Assembly (NCBI GenBank): GCA_963829525.1
Contig: CAWHIJ010000003.1
Coordinates: 1,920,001-1,984,000, forward strand
Direction: 5' to 3'
Source of the DNA: an uncultured Actinomycetota bacterium
Lineage (GTDB): Bacteria; Actinomycetota; Actinomycetes; JAHEKZ01
DNA: 64,000 nucleotides
A model generated the notes under the pieces. That model saw only the letters and a program-made list of their open reading frames with translations. It ran no database searches and was not told the origin of the DNA. The translations under genes and the position numbers were made by a program. Positions within the stretch are counted from its first letter, which is position 1. Each line of letters opens with the position of its first letter. Below are positions 12,197 through 22,854 of the stretch, in pieces.

Positions 12197-12952
12197 GTGG
12201 CCACACAACAGCAGCGCAAGGCCAAGGCGCGCGCCAGGTACGAGGCCTACGTCGAGCGGCAGCAGGCCAAAGCCGACAAGCGCCACCGGCGCCGCCTGGT
12301 CGGAGCAGCGGTGGCTGGGGTGGCCCTCGTCATGGCTGGCGGTTGGTTCTTGTGGTGGTCGACATCTGACGACGAGCCCGCTCAAACCGCCACCACTGAA
12401 GACTTCACCTACGAGAAGGCGGGCAACACCCTGCCCAAAGGCGCCCCCGCCGAACTTGTGCTCGACACCGACCAAGGCCCCATCACGATCGCTCTCGACA
12501 CCGAGAAGGCGCCGAACAACTCCAACTCACTGGCGTTCCTTGCAGGGCAGGGCTACTTCGACAACACCACCTGTCACCGACTCACCACCGACGGGCTCTA
12601 CGTGCTGCAGTGCGGTGACCGAACCGGAACGGGTTCAGGCACTCCTGGCTACACGACCGCTGACGAGAACCTGCCCAAGGCCGACAAGACGGGCCTGGCG
12701 ACGTACCCTCGCGGCAGCGTGGCGATGGCCGAACCCAGCGGCGGCGAGGCGGGCAGCCAGTTTTTCCTCGTGTACAAGGACAGCCAGCTGCCCCCTGACT
12801 ACACCATCGTCGGTCAGATGACCAAGGGGCTGGATGTGGTCGACCAGGTGGCGAAGACCGGCGTCTCCCCCGACGCTCCCGACCCGACCGATGGTCCACC
12901 GGCCGACCCGATCACCATTACGGCCGCACGGGTGCAGCAGGAGAAGCCATGA
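12197..12952 (+). CDS. Membrane-anchored cyclophilin-type peptidyl-prolyl isomerase
   Basis: TM helix then CHRLTT, LQCGD, GTGSGTPGY, GSQFFLVY; conserved position next to DUF349. Confidence 0.92.
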   Translation: MATQQQRKAKARARYEAYVERQQAKADKRHRRRLVGAAVAGVALVMAGGWFLWWSTSDDEPAQTATTEDFTYEKAGNTLPKGAPAELVLDTDQGPITIALDTEKAPNNSNSLAFLAGQGYFDNTTCHRLTTDGLYVLQCGDRTGTGSGTPGYTTADENLPKADKTGLATYPRGSVAMAEPSGGEAGSQFFLVYKDSQLPPDYTIVGQMTKGLDVVDQVAKTGVSPDAPDPTDGPPADPITITAARVQQEKP

Positions 12953-14352
12953 ACGAGCACCCTCCGGGCCAGCCCACCCCGGAAGCTCCCCCGCAAACGA
13001 CGCCACCGGCGACTCCGGAAGTGGGTCAGCGGGCAGCTCCGCACGCGACCCCGCGTCCTGGACCCATCCCGAGGCCCGGGCCACCTCCGGGCGTCACAGC
13101 TGTCGTCGGTACCCCCTCCAGCCAGCCTTGGGGCCGCGTTGACGAGGCCGGCGCCGTGTACGTCCGTACGCCAGACGGACCCGATGATGAGGTGAAGGTG
13201 GGCGAGTGGCTAGCTGGCGATCCAGCCGACGGTCTCCGATTCTACGAGCGTAAGTACGCCTCACTCGGGGTCGAGATCGACCTGCTGGAGCACCGCCTCG
13301 GTGATGCCGGCCTTGCGCCGGATGAGGCGATGGCGCTGATCGGCAAGCTGCGCGACCAGGTCGACCGCCCCCACTGCGTCGGAGACCTCGCCGCCCTTCG
13401 CTCTCGACTTGACGGACTCGTAGCAACGGTCGACGCCCAGCGTGGCGCCCGCAGGGCAGAGCGTGCCGCAGCCCGAGAGCAGGCTCGCGCCCGGCGCGAA
13501 GCCCTGGTGACCGAGGCTGAGAAGCTGGCCGAAAGCACGCAGTGGAAGCCCGCAGGTGATCGGTTCCGCCTCCTGATCGAGGAATGGCGGGCTGCACCGC
13601 ATGCCGAGCGCGCCTTCGAACAAGAGCTCTGGAAGCGGATCAGCCACGCCAGAAGCACGTTCGAGAAGCGACGCCGTGCGTGGTTCGCCACTCGCGACGC
13701 CGAACGCACCGAAGCCGTGGCCGTCAAGGAGAAGATCGTCAAGGAGGCCGAGGCCCTGGCCACCAGCAAAGACTGGGGGCCGACCTCGACCGCTTTCCGA
13801 TCACTGATGCAGCGCTGGAAGAGCGCAGGACCGGCGACTCGCGAAGCCGAACAGGAACTCTGGACCCGCTTCAAGGCGGCTCAAGACACCTTCTTCAGCG
13901 CCCGTTCGGCCGTCTTCGACGAGCGCGACGCCGAACAGCAGCAGAACCTCGTCAAGAAGCAACAGCTCGCCGATGAGGCCGAGAAGCTGCTGCCCATCAG
14001 TGATCTCAACGCCGCACGCACCTCCCTACGCAGCATCCAAGATCGTTGGGCCCAGATCGGCCACGTCCCTCGGGCCGACAAGCCGGCCGTCGAGCGACGA
14101 CTGCATCAGGTTGAACAGGCCATGCGCTCGGCCGAGGAGACCAAGTGGAAGCGGTCCAACCCGGAGGCCCGCGCTCGCGCAGCTGCGACCGTCGAGCAGC
14201 TCACCAAATCCATCGCCAAGCTCGAGAAGCAACGCGAGGCTGCTACCAGTGCGGGTAAGTCCGGTGACGCCGAGAAGGCCGAGGCTGCCATTGCCGCCCG
14301 CAGAGAGTGGCTGGTCCAAGCCGAGAACACCCTGCGCGAGTTCAGCGACTGA
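12949..14352 (+). CDS. DUF349 domain protein
   Basis: WGRVDEAGAVYVRT start; repeated helical units with WK.AG...ELW.RF; ATGA overlap. Confidence 0.9.
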   Translation: MNEHPPGQPTPEAPPQTTPPATPEVGQRAAPHATPRPGPIPRPGPPPGVTAVVGTPSSQPWGRVDEAGAVYVRTPDGPDDEVKVGEWLAGDPADGLRFYERKYASLGVEIDLLEHRLGDAGLAPDEAMALIGKLRDQVDRPHCVGDLAALRSRLDGLVATVDAQRGARRAERAAAREQARARREALVTEAEKLAESTQWKPAGDRFRLLIEEWRAAPHAERAFEQELWKRISHARSTFEKRRRAWFATRDAERTEAVAVKEKIVKEAEALATSKDWGPTSTAFRSLMQRWKSAGPATREAEQELWTRFKAAQDTFFSARSAVFDERDAEQQQNLVKKQQLADEAEKLLPISDLNAARTSLRSIQDRWAQIGHVPRADKPAVERRLHQVEQAMRSAEETKWKRSNPEARARAAATVEQLTKSIAKLEKQREAATSAGKSGDAEKAEAAIAARREWLVQAENTLREFSD

Positions 14353-14359
14353 GTGTCCG

Positions 14360-16639
14360 TCAGGCGCTGGTGAGCCGGTAGACGTCGAAAACGCCTTCGA
14401 TACCGCGAACAGCGCTCAGCACATGACCGAGGTGGCGGGTATCGCCCATCTCGAAGGTGAATCGCGACGTCGCAACGCGGTCGCGCGTCGTCGTCACCGT
14501 GGCGCTGAGAATGTTGACGTGCTGGTCCGAAAGCACCCGAGTGACGTCAGAGAGTAACCGTGCACGGTCGAGAGCCTCCACCTGGATGGAGACCAAGAAG
14601 ACGCTCGATGCCGTAGGTGCCCACTCGACGTCAACGAACCGGTTCTCGGCGAGCGCGGTGACGTTGACGCAGTTGCTTCGGTGCACCGAGACACCGCGCG
14701 CTCTTGTGACGAAGCCAACTATGGAGTCACCCGGAACCGGCGTACAGCATCGGGCGAGCTTGACCCACACATCGTCGACTCCTTTGACCACGACACCGGG
14801 GTCTTCTCCCGTGCGCACTCGAGCCGGCTTGGTCGCCACCGTCGCCTCGGCGATGTCTTCGGTGGCTCCTTCCTCACCACCCAGGACCACCACAAGCCGC
14901 CGCAGAACCGTCTGCGCGCTGACGTGCCCTTCACCGACCGCGGCGTAAAGCGAGTCGATGTCCTTAAGGCGCATGTCTGCGGTGACGGACAACAACGCTG
15001 GTCCGCTCAGGATCCGCTGCATCGGCAAGCCCTGTTTCCGCATCGCCCTGGTGATCGCGTCCTTGCCGTGCTCGATCGCCTCTTCGCGGCGCTCCTTGGA
15101 GAACCACGCGCGGATCTTGTTCCTGGCCCGCGGGGACTGCACGAAGCCGAGCCAGTCCTGGCTGGGTCCGGCATCTTGCGCCTTGGACGTGATGACCTCG
15201 ATGACGTCCCCGTTCTCCAAGACCGAGTCCAGGGGCACGAGGCGGCCGTTGACACGGGCACCCACCGTACGGTGCCCCACCTCTGTGTGGACCGCGTAGG
15301 CGAAGTCGACCGGTGTTGCACCCGTCACCAGCGCCACGACGTCACCTTTGGGTGTGAAGACGAAGACTTCGGTGCCGCTGATCTCAAAACGCAGTGAGTC
15401 CAGGAACTCTCCTGGGTCGCTGGTCTCTTGCTGCCAGTCGAGCAACTGACGTAGCCACGTCATGTCGTCCTGAGCGCCGGACGCGCCAGCACTTTCCTTG
15501 TATTTCCAGTGAGCGGCGACGCCGTACTCTGCACGCCGGTGCATGGAGTGCGTTCGAATCTGCAGCTCGACCGGCTTGCCGCCAGGACCGATCACTGTGG
15601 TGTGCAGAGACTGATACATGTTGAACTTGGGCATGGCGATGTAATCCTTGAAGCGTCCGGGCACCGGGTTCCATCGCGCATGGATGACGCCCAACGCCGC
15701 GTAGCAGTCGCGGACCGAATCGACCAGAACACGAAGACCAACCAGGTCGTAGATGTCGCCGAAGTCGCGACCTCGAACAATCATCTTCTGGTAGACGCTG
15801 TAGTAGTGCTTGGGCCGCCCGGTCACGGTTCCGTCGATCCGGGCCTCATGCAGGGCTTGGTCGACATCGTGAATGACGTCCGACAGGAACTGGTCGCGGC
15901 TCGGCGCCCGCCGCTCCACAAGGCTGACGATCTCTTCGTAGACCTTCGGGTAGAGCGTGGCAAACGAAAGGTCTTCCAGCTCCCACTTGATCGCGTTCAT
16001 CCCCAGGCGGTGTGCCAGGGGCGCATAGATCTCAAGCGTCTCTCGGGCTTTGCTCTGCTGTTTGGCCTCTGGCAGATAGCGAATGGTGCGCATATTGTGC
16101 AACCGATCGCAGAGCTTGATCACGAGAACGCGGATGTCGCGGGCCATTGCGACGACCATCTTGCGTGTGGTCTCGGCCTGTGCCGCCTGGCCGTACTTGA
16201 CCTTGTCGAGCTTGGTGACACCGTCGACGAGCAGAGCGATCTCATCTCCGAAGTCCGAGCGCAGGTCGTCGAGCGAGTAGTCGGTGTCCTCCACCGTGTC
16301 GTGCAGCAGCCCAGCACAGAGCGTTGGCGGCGTCATCCCCAGGTCAGCAAGAATCTGCGTCACGGCCAGTGGATGGGTGATGTAGGGCTCACCGCTACGC
16401 CGCAGCTGGGTGCGGTGCTTCTCCTCGGCGACCTCGTACGCGCGCTCGATGACTTTGAGGTCTGCCTTGGGGTGGACCGCCCGCACTGACCGGAAGACGG
16501 GCTCAAGCTCTGGATAGTTCGTTCGGTGTCCTCCACCGAGGCGAGCCAGAGCGGCACGCACGCGCGTCTGTGGCTGGTCCTGGGCGGGCGTCGCGGCGCG
16601 CTCAGTTCGTACCGCGGCGCCTTCCGACTCGTCCGTCAC
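14360..16639 (-). CDS. relA: Bifunctional (p)ppGpp synthetase/hydrolase
   Basis: [42 protein letters not shown] ([11 protein letters not shown]), ACT domain; start approximate. Confidence 0.97.
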   Translation of the reverse strand: MTDESEGAAVRTERAATPAQDQPQTRVRAALARLGGGHRTNYPELEPVFRSVRAVHPKADLKVIERAYEVAEEKHRTQLRRSGEPYITHPLAVTQILADLGMTPPTLCAGLLHDTVEDTDYSLDDLRSDFGDEIALLVDGVTKLDKVKYGQAAQAETTRKMVVAMARDIRVLVIKLCDRLHNMRTIRYLPEAKQQSKARETLEIYAPLAHRLGMNAIKWELEDLSFATLYPKVYEEIVSLVERRAPSRDQFLSDVIHDVDQALHEARIDGTVTGRPKHYYSVYQKMIVRGRDFGDIYDLVGLRVLVDSVRDCYAALGVIHARWNPVPGRFKDYIAMPKFNMYQSLHTTVIGPGGKPVELQIRTHSMHRRAEYGVAAHWKYKESAGASGAQDDMTWLRQLLDWQQETSDPGEFLDSLRFEISGTEVFVFTPKGDVVALVTGATPVDFAYAVHTEVGHRTVGARVNGRLVPLDSVLENGDVIEVITSKAQDAGPSQDWLGFVQSPRARNKIRAWFSKERREEAIEHGKDAITRAMRKQGLPMQRILSGPALLSVTADMRLKDIDSLYAAVGEGHVSAQTVLRRLVVVLGGEEGATEDIAEATVATKPARVRTGEDPGVVVKGVDDVWVKLARCCTPVPGDSIVGFVTRARGVSVHRSNCVNVTALAENRFVDVEWAPTASSVFLVSIQVEALDRARLLSDVTRVLSDQHVNILSATVTTTRDRVATSRFTFEMGDTRHLGHVLSAVRGIEGVFDVYRLTSA

Positions 16640-16724
16640 CGTCACCCGCCCGCCATCAACCACCTGCTGTTGTCCGAAGGCCTATTCTAACGCTGAGTGG
16701 TGAGTCGATCGCACTGACGACCCG

Positions 16725-17837
16725 CTAGCGCTTCTTCTTGGGCTTTCGTTTGGGTTGGTTGCGTGGGCCTCTTGTCGGTGAACTAGCTCCGACCCCGGCT
16801 ACCGCCACATCTGGTTCGGCCGATCCGTCGCCAGCGACACCGCCCTTGTCTGCGTCCCGCCCACCACCACGACGCGCGTTGACACGCTTGGCCAGAGCCT
16901 GCATGGCTGGCTCGCGTTCCTTCAGCTGGGCCAGAACGGGAGTCGCGATGAAGATGGACGAGTAGGTTCCCACTGCGATTCCCACGAAGAGAGCCAGTGC
17001 CAGGTCTTTCAACGTGCCCGCGCCGAGCACGTAGGCGCCGACGAAGAGCAGGCTCGCCACCGGCAGGAGACCAACAACAGAGGTGTTGATCGAGCGCACC
17101 AGAGTCTGGTTGACCGCAAGGTTGGCAGCCTCGCTGTACGTCATCCGGCTTGTGGCCTGAACCCCTCGGGTGTTCTCCTTCACCTTGTCGAAGACGACGA
17201 CGGTGTCGTAGAGCGAGTAACCCAAAATCGTCAGCACACCGATGACGGTGGCCGGTGTCACCTCGAAACCACTGAGCGAGTAGATGCCAACGGTGATGAA
17301 GACGTCATGGAACAGTGCGACTAGCGCCGCAATAGCCATCCGCCACTCGAAGGTGATCGAGAGATACACGACGATCAGCGCCAAGAACACCACGAGCCCG
17401 GTCAGAGCCTTCTGGGTGATTTGTTCGCCCCAGGAAGGACCGATGACCTGGGTTGATACGTCCTCGAGCGGCACATCACATGCCTTGGCGAGCGCCGTGC
17501 TCACCGCTCCCGTCTCAGCCGGCGTCAGGTCAACGGTCTGCACCTTGACCTGACGACCACTTGAACCCTTGAGCTCGGTGACGATCGGATCTCCCTCGGG
17601 GACCTCGGCTGCGGCGGCATCACGTGCCGTCGTGACCGAGCAGCTCTCGCTGGGTACCGCGAAGACAGCACCGCCGGAGAACTCGACACCGAACTTCAAG
17701 CCGTTGATCGCCAGCGATCCCAGGGCAATTAGCAGCAGCACCGCCGAGAGGATGTACCACTGCTTGGCGCGTCCCACGAAGTCGAACGAGACGTCCCCGC
17801 GGTAGAGGCTCGAGGTCAGGGTGTGAAAGCGATTCAT
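16725..17837 (-). CDS. secF: Protein translocase subunit SecF
   Basis: GVEFSGG, IGPSWG, GYSLYDTVVVFDKVKEN, RSINTS. Confidence 0.96.
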   Translation of the reverse strand: MNRFHTLTSSLYRGDVSFDFVGRAKQWYILSAVLLLIALGSLAINGLKFGVEFSGGAVFAVPSESCSVTTARDAAAAEVPEGDPIVTELKGSSGRQVKVQTVDLTPAETGAVSTALAKACDVPLEDVSTQVIGPSWGEQITQKALTGLVVFLALIVVYLSITFEWRMAIAALVALFHDVFITVGIYSLSGFEVTPATVIGVLTILGYSLYDTVVVFDKVKENTRGVQATSRMTYSEAANLAVNQTLVRSINTSVVGLLPVASLLFVGAYVLGAGTLKDLALALFVGIAVGTYSSIFIATPVLAQLKEREPAMQALAKRVNARRGGGRDADKGGVAGDGSAEPDVAVAGVGASSPTRGPRNQPKRKPKKKR

Positions 17838-17838
17838 G

Positions 17839-19584
17839 TCAGGCCTCCTGCACTGTTCGCCGACCCGGCTTACCAGGAGTCTGCGGCCGGGACTTGGCTC
17901 CGAGTCGCTCCGGAGACAGCCCCGACCACTTGCTTCCACTGCTGAAGAACTTCGTGCGAGCCAGCAGCGTGACCAGCGGCTTGGTGAAGAGGAACACCAC
18001 CAGCAGGTCGATCAGCGTCGTGAGCCCAAGGGTGAAGGCGAAGCCTCGTACGCCACCGACAGAGAGAACCCAAAGAACCACCGCTGCAATCAACGAGATG
18101 AAGTCAGCCGCAATGATGGTGCGTCTGGCCCTCACCCAGCCGGTCTCCAGCGCCGTTCGAATGGAGCGGCCGTCGCGAACTTCGTCACGTATTCGCTCGA
18201 AGTAGACGATGAACGAGTCGGCGGTGATTCCGATCGCGACGATCAGGCCGGCCACTCCCGCGAGGGTGAGGGTGAAGTTCAGCGTTTCGCCCAAGATGAC
18301 GACTGCCCCGTAGGTCAGCAGCCCAGCGATGATGAGGCTGAAGACCGCAACCAGAGCCAGCGCTCGGTAGTAGAGGAGCAGATAGATCACGACCAGCGCC
18401 AGCCCGAGTGCGCCGGCAATCAGTCCGGCTCGTAGCTGGTCCTCACCCAGTGTCGGCGAGATCGTGTTCCGCTCGCCGATCTCGAAGGTCAGTGGCAGGG
18501 CACCGAACTTCAAGACGTTGGCGAGGTCTTGCGCCTCTTGCTGGGTGAACTGACCGGTGATCTGCGCCTGACCGCCTGGGATCGCCTCGTTGACACCGGG
18601 GGCCGAGACCACGATGCCGTCCAGGACGATGGCAAATCGGTTGCCGGGTGAGTCTTGCGGCTGAGCGGCCATCTCAGCAGTGATCTGACCGAACGACTTG
18701 GTGCCTGTGCTGTTGAAGTCCAGGCTCACGATCCAACCAGCTGTGTTCTGGGAGAGGTTGGCCTGCGCCGAGTCGACGTCTGAACCAGGCACGGCTACCG
18801 GAGCGAGCAGGAACTTCTCAGTGCCGTTGCGGTCGCACGCGATGGCCGGTGCGTCGTCGGCGAACTGCGCGCCAACACTCTTCTGCTTGGGGTCGGAGCA
18901 GTCGAGCTGGGCGTACTGCTGTTGCAGCTCTGGCGGGACGTCAGAAGCCGCCGGCGCTCCAGGTGCCGGGGTCGGGACGGGCGCGCCCGTCGACTGCGGC
19001 GTCGGGCTGGCTGACGGGTTCTTGTCGGTCTTGTCGGTCTTGCCGGTCACGGCGCTCGTTGTCGAGCTGTTCGGGCCGAGCCTCGGCGTCAAGGCGCCGT
19101 TGCCACCACCTTGTTGGCTGGAGTTCTTCTTCTTGTCTTTTGTCCCCGAACCCTCCGTGGTACTCGGGGTGGGTGTCGGTGCCGGGGCGACGGCCGGTTG
19201 CGCGTCCAGGACGGGACGGAACCCAAGTTGCGCCGTCTGACCGAGCTGTTGGACCAGGTCGTTCTCGGTGAGCCCGGGGACGGACACGACAATGACGGCC
19301 TGGTCACCGCTGCCCTGCGCTGCCACCTCTGCCTCGGCGACACCGGCACCGTTGACGCGAGCAGAGATGATGTCAACAGCCTCGTTGATCGAGTCGTCGG
19401 TGATCTGCCCCTTCTCGCCGGGCGCCGGGGAGGGCACCAAAGTGACCGTCGTACCGCCCTGCAGGTCCAGACCCAGCTTGGGAGTGGTGGCGCCCTTCCA
19501 GGCCATCCAGCCGCCCATGGCGATCGCGATGACCAGCAGCACCATCAGGGCACGCCCGGGTCGCCCACTGGTGGGAGTTGCCAC
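17839..19584 (-). CDS. secD: Protein translocase subunit SecD
   Basis: LGLDLQGG, FAIVLDG, LKFGALP, ISPTLG, ADSFIVYFERIRDE. Confidence 0.96.
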   Translation of the reverse strand: MATPTSGRPGRALMVLLVIAIAMGGWMAWKGATTPKLGLDLQGGTTVTLVPSPAPGEKGQITDDSINEAVDIISARVNGAGVAEAEVAAQGSGDQAVIVVSVPGLTENDLVQQLGQTAQLGFRPVLDAQPAVAPAPTPTPSTTEGSGTKDKKKNSSQQGGGNGALTPRLGPNSSTTSAVTGKTDKTDKNPSASPTPQSTGAPVPTPAPGAPAASDVPPELQQQYAQLDCSDPKQKSVGAQFADDAPAIACDRNGTEKFLLAPVAVPGSDVDSAQANLSQNTAGWIVSLDFNSTGTKSFGQITAEMAAQPQDSPGNRFAIVLDGIVVSAPGVNEAIPGGQAQITGQFTQQEAQDLANVLKFGALPLTFEIGERNTISPTLGEDQLRAGLIAGALGLALVVIYLLLYYRALALVAVFSLIIAGLLTYGAVVILGETLNFTLTLAGVAGLIVAIGITADSFIVYFERIRDEVRDGRSIRTALETGWVRARRTIIAADFISLIAAVVLWVLSVGGVRGFAFTLGLTTLIDLLVVFLFTKPLVTLLARTKFFSSGSKWSGLSPERLGAKSRPQTPGKPGRRTVQEA

Positions 19585-19706
19585 GTCAATCCTCCGGCTC
19601 AGCTCTCGGAACGAGGTGCCGTAGTCGGCCCCCGATCAGCGCCGCTCAGAACGCGGCATCAGCACAGGAAGTATCCCCGACGCCAGACCGTTCCCGGGCC
19701 CCAGGG

Positions 19707-19988
19707 TCACAGAGGGCGCGGCGTGTCGCCTTCTTCGCCGAGAACCCGTCCGATCGCGCGACGGTCGAAGCGCAGCTGGACACCCGGAGCCGCGAGCAGG
19801 GTCGCATCGGTATCGCTGAGGGCGGTGATGGTGCCGTAGAGCCCGCTGGTCGTCACGACCTCCTGCCCGACCTGCAGGCTGGCGGCGAGGACCGCGACCT
19901 GCTGGGTGCGCCGCTGTTGTCCGCGGATCAACAGCCACAATCCGATCAGCGGAAGGGCGATGACAGCAAGGAGGATCACGTCGCCCAT
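19707..19988 (-). CDS. yajC: Preprotein translocase subunit YajC
   Basis: N-terminal TM helix, LQVGQEVVTTSGLYGTI, APGV...FDRRAI; between ruvB and secD. Confidence 0.9.
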   Translation of the reverse strand: MGDVILLAVIALPLIGLWLLIRGQQRRTQQVAVLAASLQVGQEVVTTSGLYGTITALSDTDATLLAAPGVQLRFDRRAIGRVLGEEGDTPRPL

Positions 19989-20061
19989 GGTCGGTTCGCC
20001 TCTCTCAGTCAGGTCGTCGGACCGGTTCGGTCAGTCAGCTCAGTTAGCTCAGTCAGTTCAA

Positions 20062-21165
20062 TCAATCAGTTCGGTCGGTCAACTCGGTGTCTTCGGTCGG
20101 GTCGAACAGCGACGCGTGCGCCGCACCACCTGTCGGCTGCGCCATCCCCAGATGCTGCCATGCAGCGGGGGTCGCGATCCGGCCGCGGGGGGTTCTCGCC
20201 AGCAGTCCGGCTCTGACGAGATATGGCTCGGCGACCTCTTCGACGGTCTCGCGTTCCTCGCCCACCGCAACGGCCAGGGTGCCAAGGCCGACCGGGCCAC
20301 CGCCGAACTTCCGCACCAGAGCCTCCAGCACCGAGCGGTCGAGCCGGTCGAGGCCGAGAGCATCGACGTCGTAGATGGTCAGCGCAGCCTTGGCGGTCGC
20401 GAGGTCGACGACGCCGTTGCCGCGTACCTCCGCGAAGTCACGCACGCGTCGGAGCAGCCGGTTGGCTACGCGCGGCGTGCCACGCGAGCGGCCAGCAATC
20501 TCGACAGCACCGTCCGGCTCGAGCGGCACCTCCAGGAGCTCAGCGGAGCGCACCAGGATCGAGGTCAGCTCGTCGGGCTCGTAGAAGTCGAGGTGCGCGG
20601 TGAAGCCGAATCGGTCGCGCAGCGGACCGGGCAGCAGACCTGCTCTGGTGGTGGCCCCGACCAACGTGAACGGCGGCAGATCGAGCGGGATGGCCGTTGC
20701 CCCCGGGCCTTTCCCGACGACGACGTCGACTCGGAAGTCCTCCATCGCCAGGTAGAGCATCTCCTCAGCTGGCCTGGCCATCCGATGGATCTCGTCGAGG
20801 AAGAGCACCTCTCCTTCGGTAAGCGAGGAGAGCACGGCCGCGAGGTCGCCGGCGTGCTGAATGGCTGGGCCACTGGAGATACGCAGCGGCTGGTTGATCT
20901 CAGCGGCGATGATCATCGCCAGAGTCGTCTTGCCGAGCCCTGGAGGGCCTGACAGCAGGACGTGGTCGGGCGCAGACCCCCGTCCGGATGCCGCGGACAG
21001 CACGAGACCGAGCTGCTCGCGCACCCGGGTCTGACCGACGAACTCGGCCAGGTGCTTGGGGCGAAGCGCTGCGTCGATGGCACCCTCGTCGATCTGGACC
21101 TTGGGGTCGACGAGATCGGCGGTCTCCGGACCACCGGCCGACCCGTCACCGTCCGCTGCGCTCAT
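20062..21165 (-). CDS. ruvB: Holliday junction branch migration helicase RuvB
   Basis: [46 protein letters not shown]. Confidence 0.97.
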   Translation of the reverse strand: MSAADGDGSAGGPETADLVDPKVQIDEGAIDAALRPKHLAEFVGQTRVREQLGLVLSAASGRGSAPDHVLLSGPPGLGKTTLAMIIAAEINQPLRISSGPAIQHAGDLAAVLSSLTEGEVLFLDEIHRMARPAEEMLYLAMEDFRVDVVVGKGPGATAIPLDLPPFTLVGATTRAGLLPGPLRDRFGFTAHLDFYEPDELTSILVRSAELLEVPLEPDGAVEIAGRSRGTPRVANRLLRRVRDFAEVRGNGVVDLATAKAALTIYDVDALGLDRLDRSVLEALVRKFGGGPVGLGTLAVAVGEERETVEEVAEPYLVRAGLLARTPRGRIATPAAWQHLGMAQPTGGAAHASLFDPTEDTELTDRTD

Positions 21166-21821
21166 CGACCGGCCACCGAGCTGGTCACCGAGCTGGCAAC
21201 CTGGCGGCCCATCGCTTGCAGGGCAGACCTCAGGAGAAGGGCTACGTCGGTCTCCGCTGCCGCGTCCCCGAACTCTTCAGCGACGGCGCTGAGCGCGGTG
21301 TCTGCGTCCCGCGTACTCCAACCGAGCCCGACCAGTGCTGCGTGCACCTGCGGCTGCCAGCCACCCACGGCTCCCCCGGCTGTGGCCGTCGTTGCACCAC
21401 CACCGGCCGCACCGATGGCCGGGGCGCCCAGCTTGTCCTTGAGTTCGAGGACAAGCCGCTGGGCACCCTTCTTGCCGATCCCAGGAACTTGGGTGAGAGC
21501 AACAACGTCTTCCGATGCCACGATCTGCCGCAGCGCGTCCGGTCGGAGTGTGGCGACGATCGCCTGAGCCACGCGCGGCCCGACGCCACTGACTGTCTGG
21601 ACAATCTCGAAGACCGCTCGTTCGTCGGCGTCGGTGAAGCCGTAGAGGGTGAGGGAGTCTTCCCGGACGACCAGCGACGTATGGACCGTGGCTTCTTCGC
21701 CGCGTCTGAGGCCGGCGGCTGTCACTGGCGTGCATTGGATGGCAAGACCAAGGCCACCTACCTCGATCACCGCGACGTCTGCCGAGATGTCGAGCACCAC
21801 CCCGCGGACCGATGCGATCAT
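21162..21821 (-). CDS. ruvA: Holliday junction branch migration protein RuvA
   Basis: [46 protein letters not shown]. Confidence 0.95.
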   Translation of the reverse strand: MIASVRGVVLDISADVAVIEVGGLGLAIQCTPVTAAGLRRGEEATVHTSLVVREDSLTLYGFTDADERAVFEIVQTVSGVGPRVAQAIVATLRPDALRQIVASEDVVALTQVPGIGKKGAQRLVLELKDKLGAPAIGAAGGGATTATAGGAVGGWQPQVHAALVGLGWSTRDADTALSAVAEEFGDAAAETDVALLLRSALQAMGRQVASSVTSSVAGR

Positions 21822-22376
21822 CGGGGACGTCCCGGAGCGGTGGCGGTCCGATGGGCAGCACCTTGGCCTGACGCCGCCACGGCATCGAGCAAGTCGAGAC
21901 TGCGCCGAACCACGCCAGACGTGGCAGATGGCCAGCGCCAATGCGTCGGCGGCGTCGGCGGGTTTCGGTGCCTCGGTGAGACCCAGAAGCCGAGCCACCA
22001 TGGCCCCGACCTGAGCCTTGTCGGCCCTGCCGTGGCCGGTGACCGAAGCCTTGACCTCGCTCGGAGTGTGCAGAGCGACGGGAAGCCCTCTGCGCGCTGC
22101 GGCAGCGAGGACGACACCGCTGACCTGGGCGACGCCCATCACGGTGCGCACGTTGTGCTGGCTGAAGACACGCTCGACGGCGACGGCGTCTGGCTGCGTG
22201 GCGTCCAACACCAGATTGACCGCGGCCTCGATGGCCAGCAAGCGTTGCTCGAGGGGCGCATCCGGTGAGGTCTTGGCGACGGAGACCTCAACCAAGGTAA
22301 GCCGCCGGCCTGGAGCACCGTCGACCACTCCCAAACCGCAACGGGTCAGACCGGGGTCGACGCCGAGCACGCGCAC
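21818..22376 (-). CDS. ruvC: Crossover junction endodeoxyribonuclease RuvC (frameshift near 21890)
   Basis: [46 protein letters not shown]; true stop at 21818 gives ATGA overlap with ruvA. Confidence 0.93.
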
Positions 22377-22406
22377 TGATCTCCTCCTGCCGGTCGACCT
22401 CAACGC

Positions 22407-22422
22407 CCGAACACCTGTTCGA
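22407..22422 (-). promoter_or_regulatory. LexA SOS box upstream of ruvCAB
   Basis: TCGAACAGGTGTTCGG, one mismatch to the actinobacterial TCGAAC-N4-GTTCGA, just downstream of a -10 TAGCGT (22427-22432). Confidence 0.85.
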
Positions 22423-22487
22423 CCGAACGCTACCTGGCGTTCCGATATCGGAGACGACGACACGCGTGGCGGACCCGACCGACTCGC

Positions 22488-22815
22488 TTATGACACCCGG
22501 CCCTGTTCTGACGTCGTGACGACCGGTTGCTCTGCCTTGGCGCGGATGCCCAGCAGCATCCGCCTCATCATCGGGAAGTCGCCGACCTCCATGAGCGGTG
22601 CGGCGGGTGGCGGCGAACGCCGACGTTGCCAGGAGGCTGTCCCCGGGCATCTCGCCGTGGACCTCGGCATCGGTCGCCCCCCATCGCAGGTGCCACCTTC
22701 GGTACTGCGCTGCCAGTGACACCGAGAGCACGGCTGCAGCGACTACCGCAAGTCTTCGACCCACGACGCCAGGTAATCCGCGGTGCGAGCCGGATGATCC
22801 GAAGCTGCCCGACAA
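22488..22815 (-). pseudogene. SRPBCC/polyketide-cyclase-like 'WGAT' family gene with internal deletion
   Basis: N-part RWHLRWGATDAEVHGEMPGD...AATR joins out of frame directly to C-terminal PLMEVGDFPMMRRMLLGIRAKAE; the middle of the family protein is absent. Confidence 0.65.
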
Positions 22816-22854
22816 AGCCCCATGGCGTGCAGAGGTCCGTGCTGCGGAGCATTC

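Noticed and set aside
15509-16489. Long antisense ORFs (e.g. opposite relA, ruvB, pdxS and the APH kinase)
   Set aside because: Typical stop-poor mirror frames of high-GC coding sequence
22427-22447. PafBC promoter for ruvC
   Set aside because: TATCGG-N9-TAGCGT has both a mismatch and the wrong spacing; only the SOS box is supported
21162-22463. Apparent RuvC-RuvA fusion
   Set aside because: One indel near 21890; correcting it gives the usual ATGA overlap at 21818-21821
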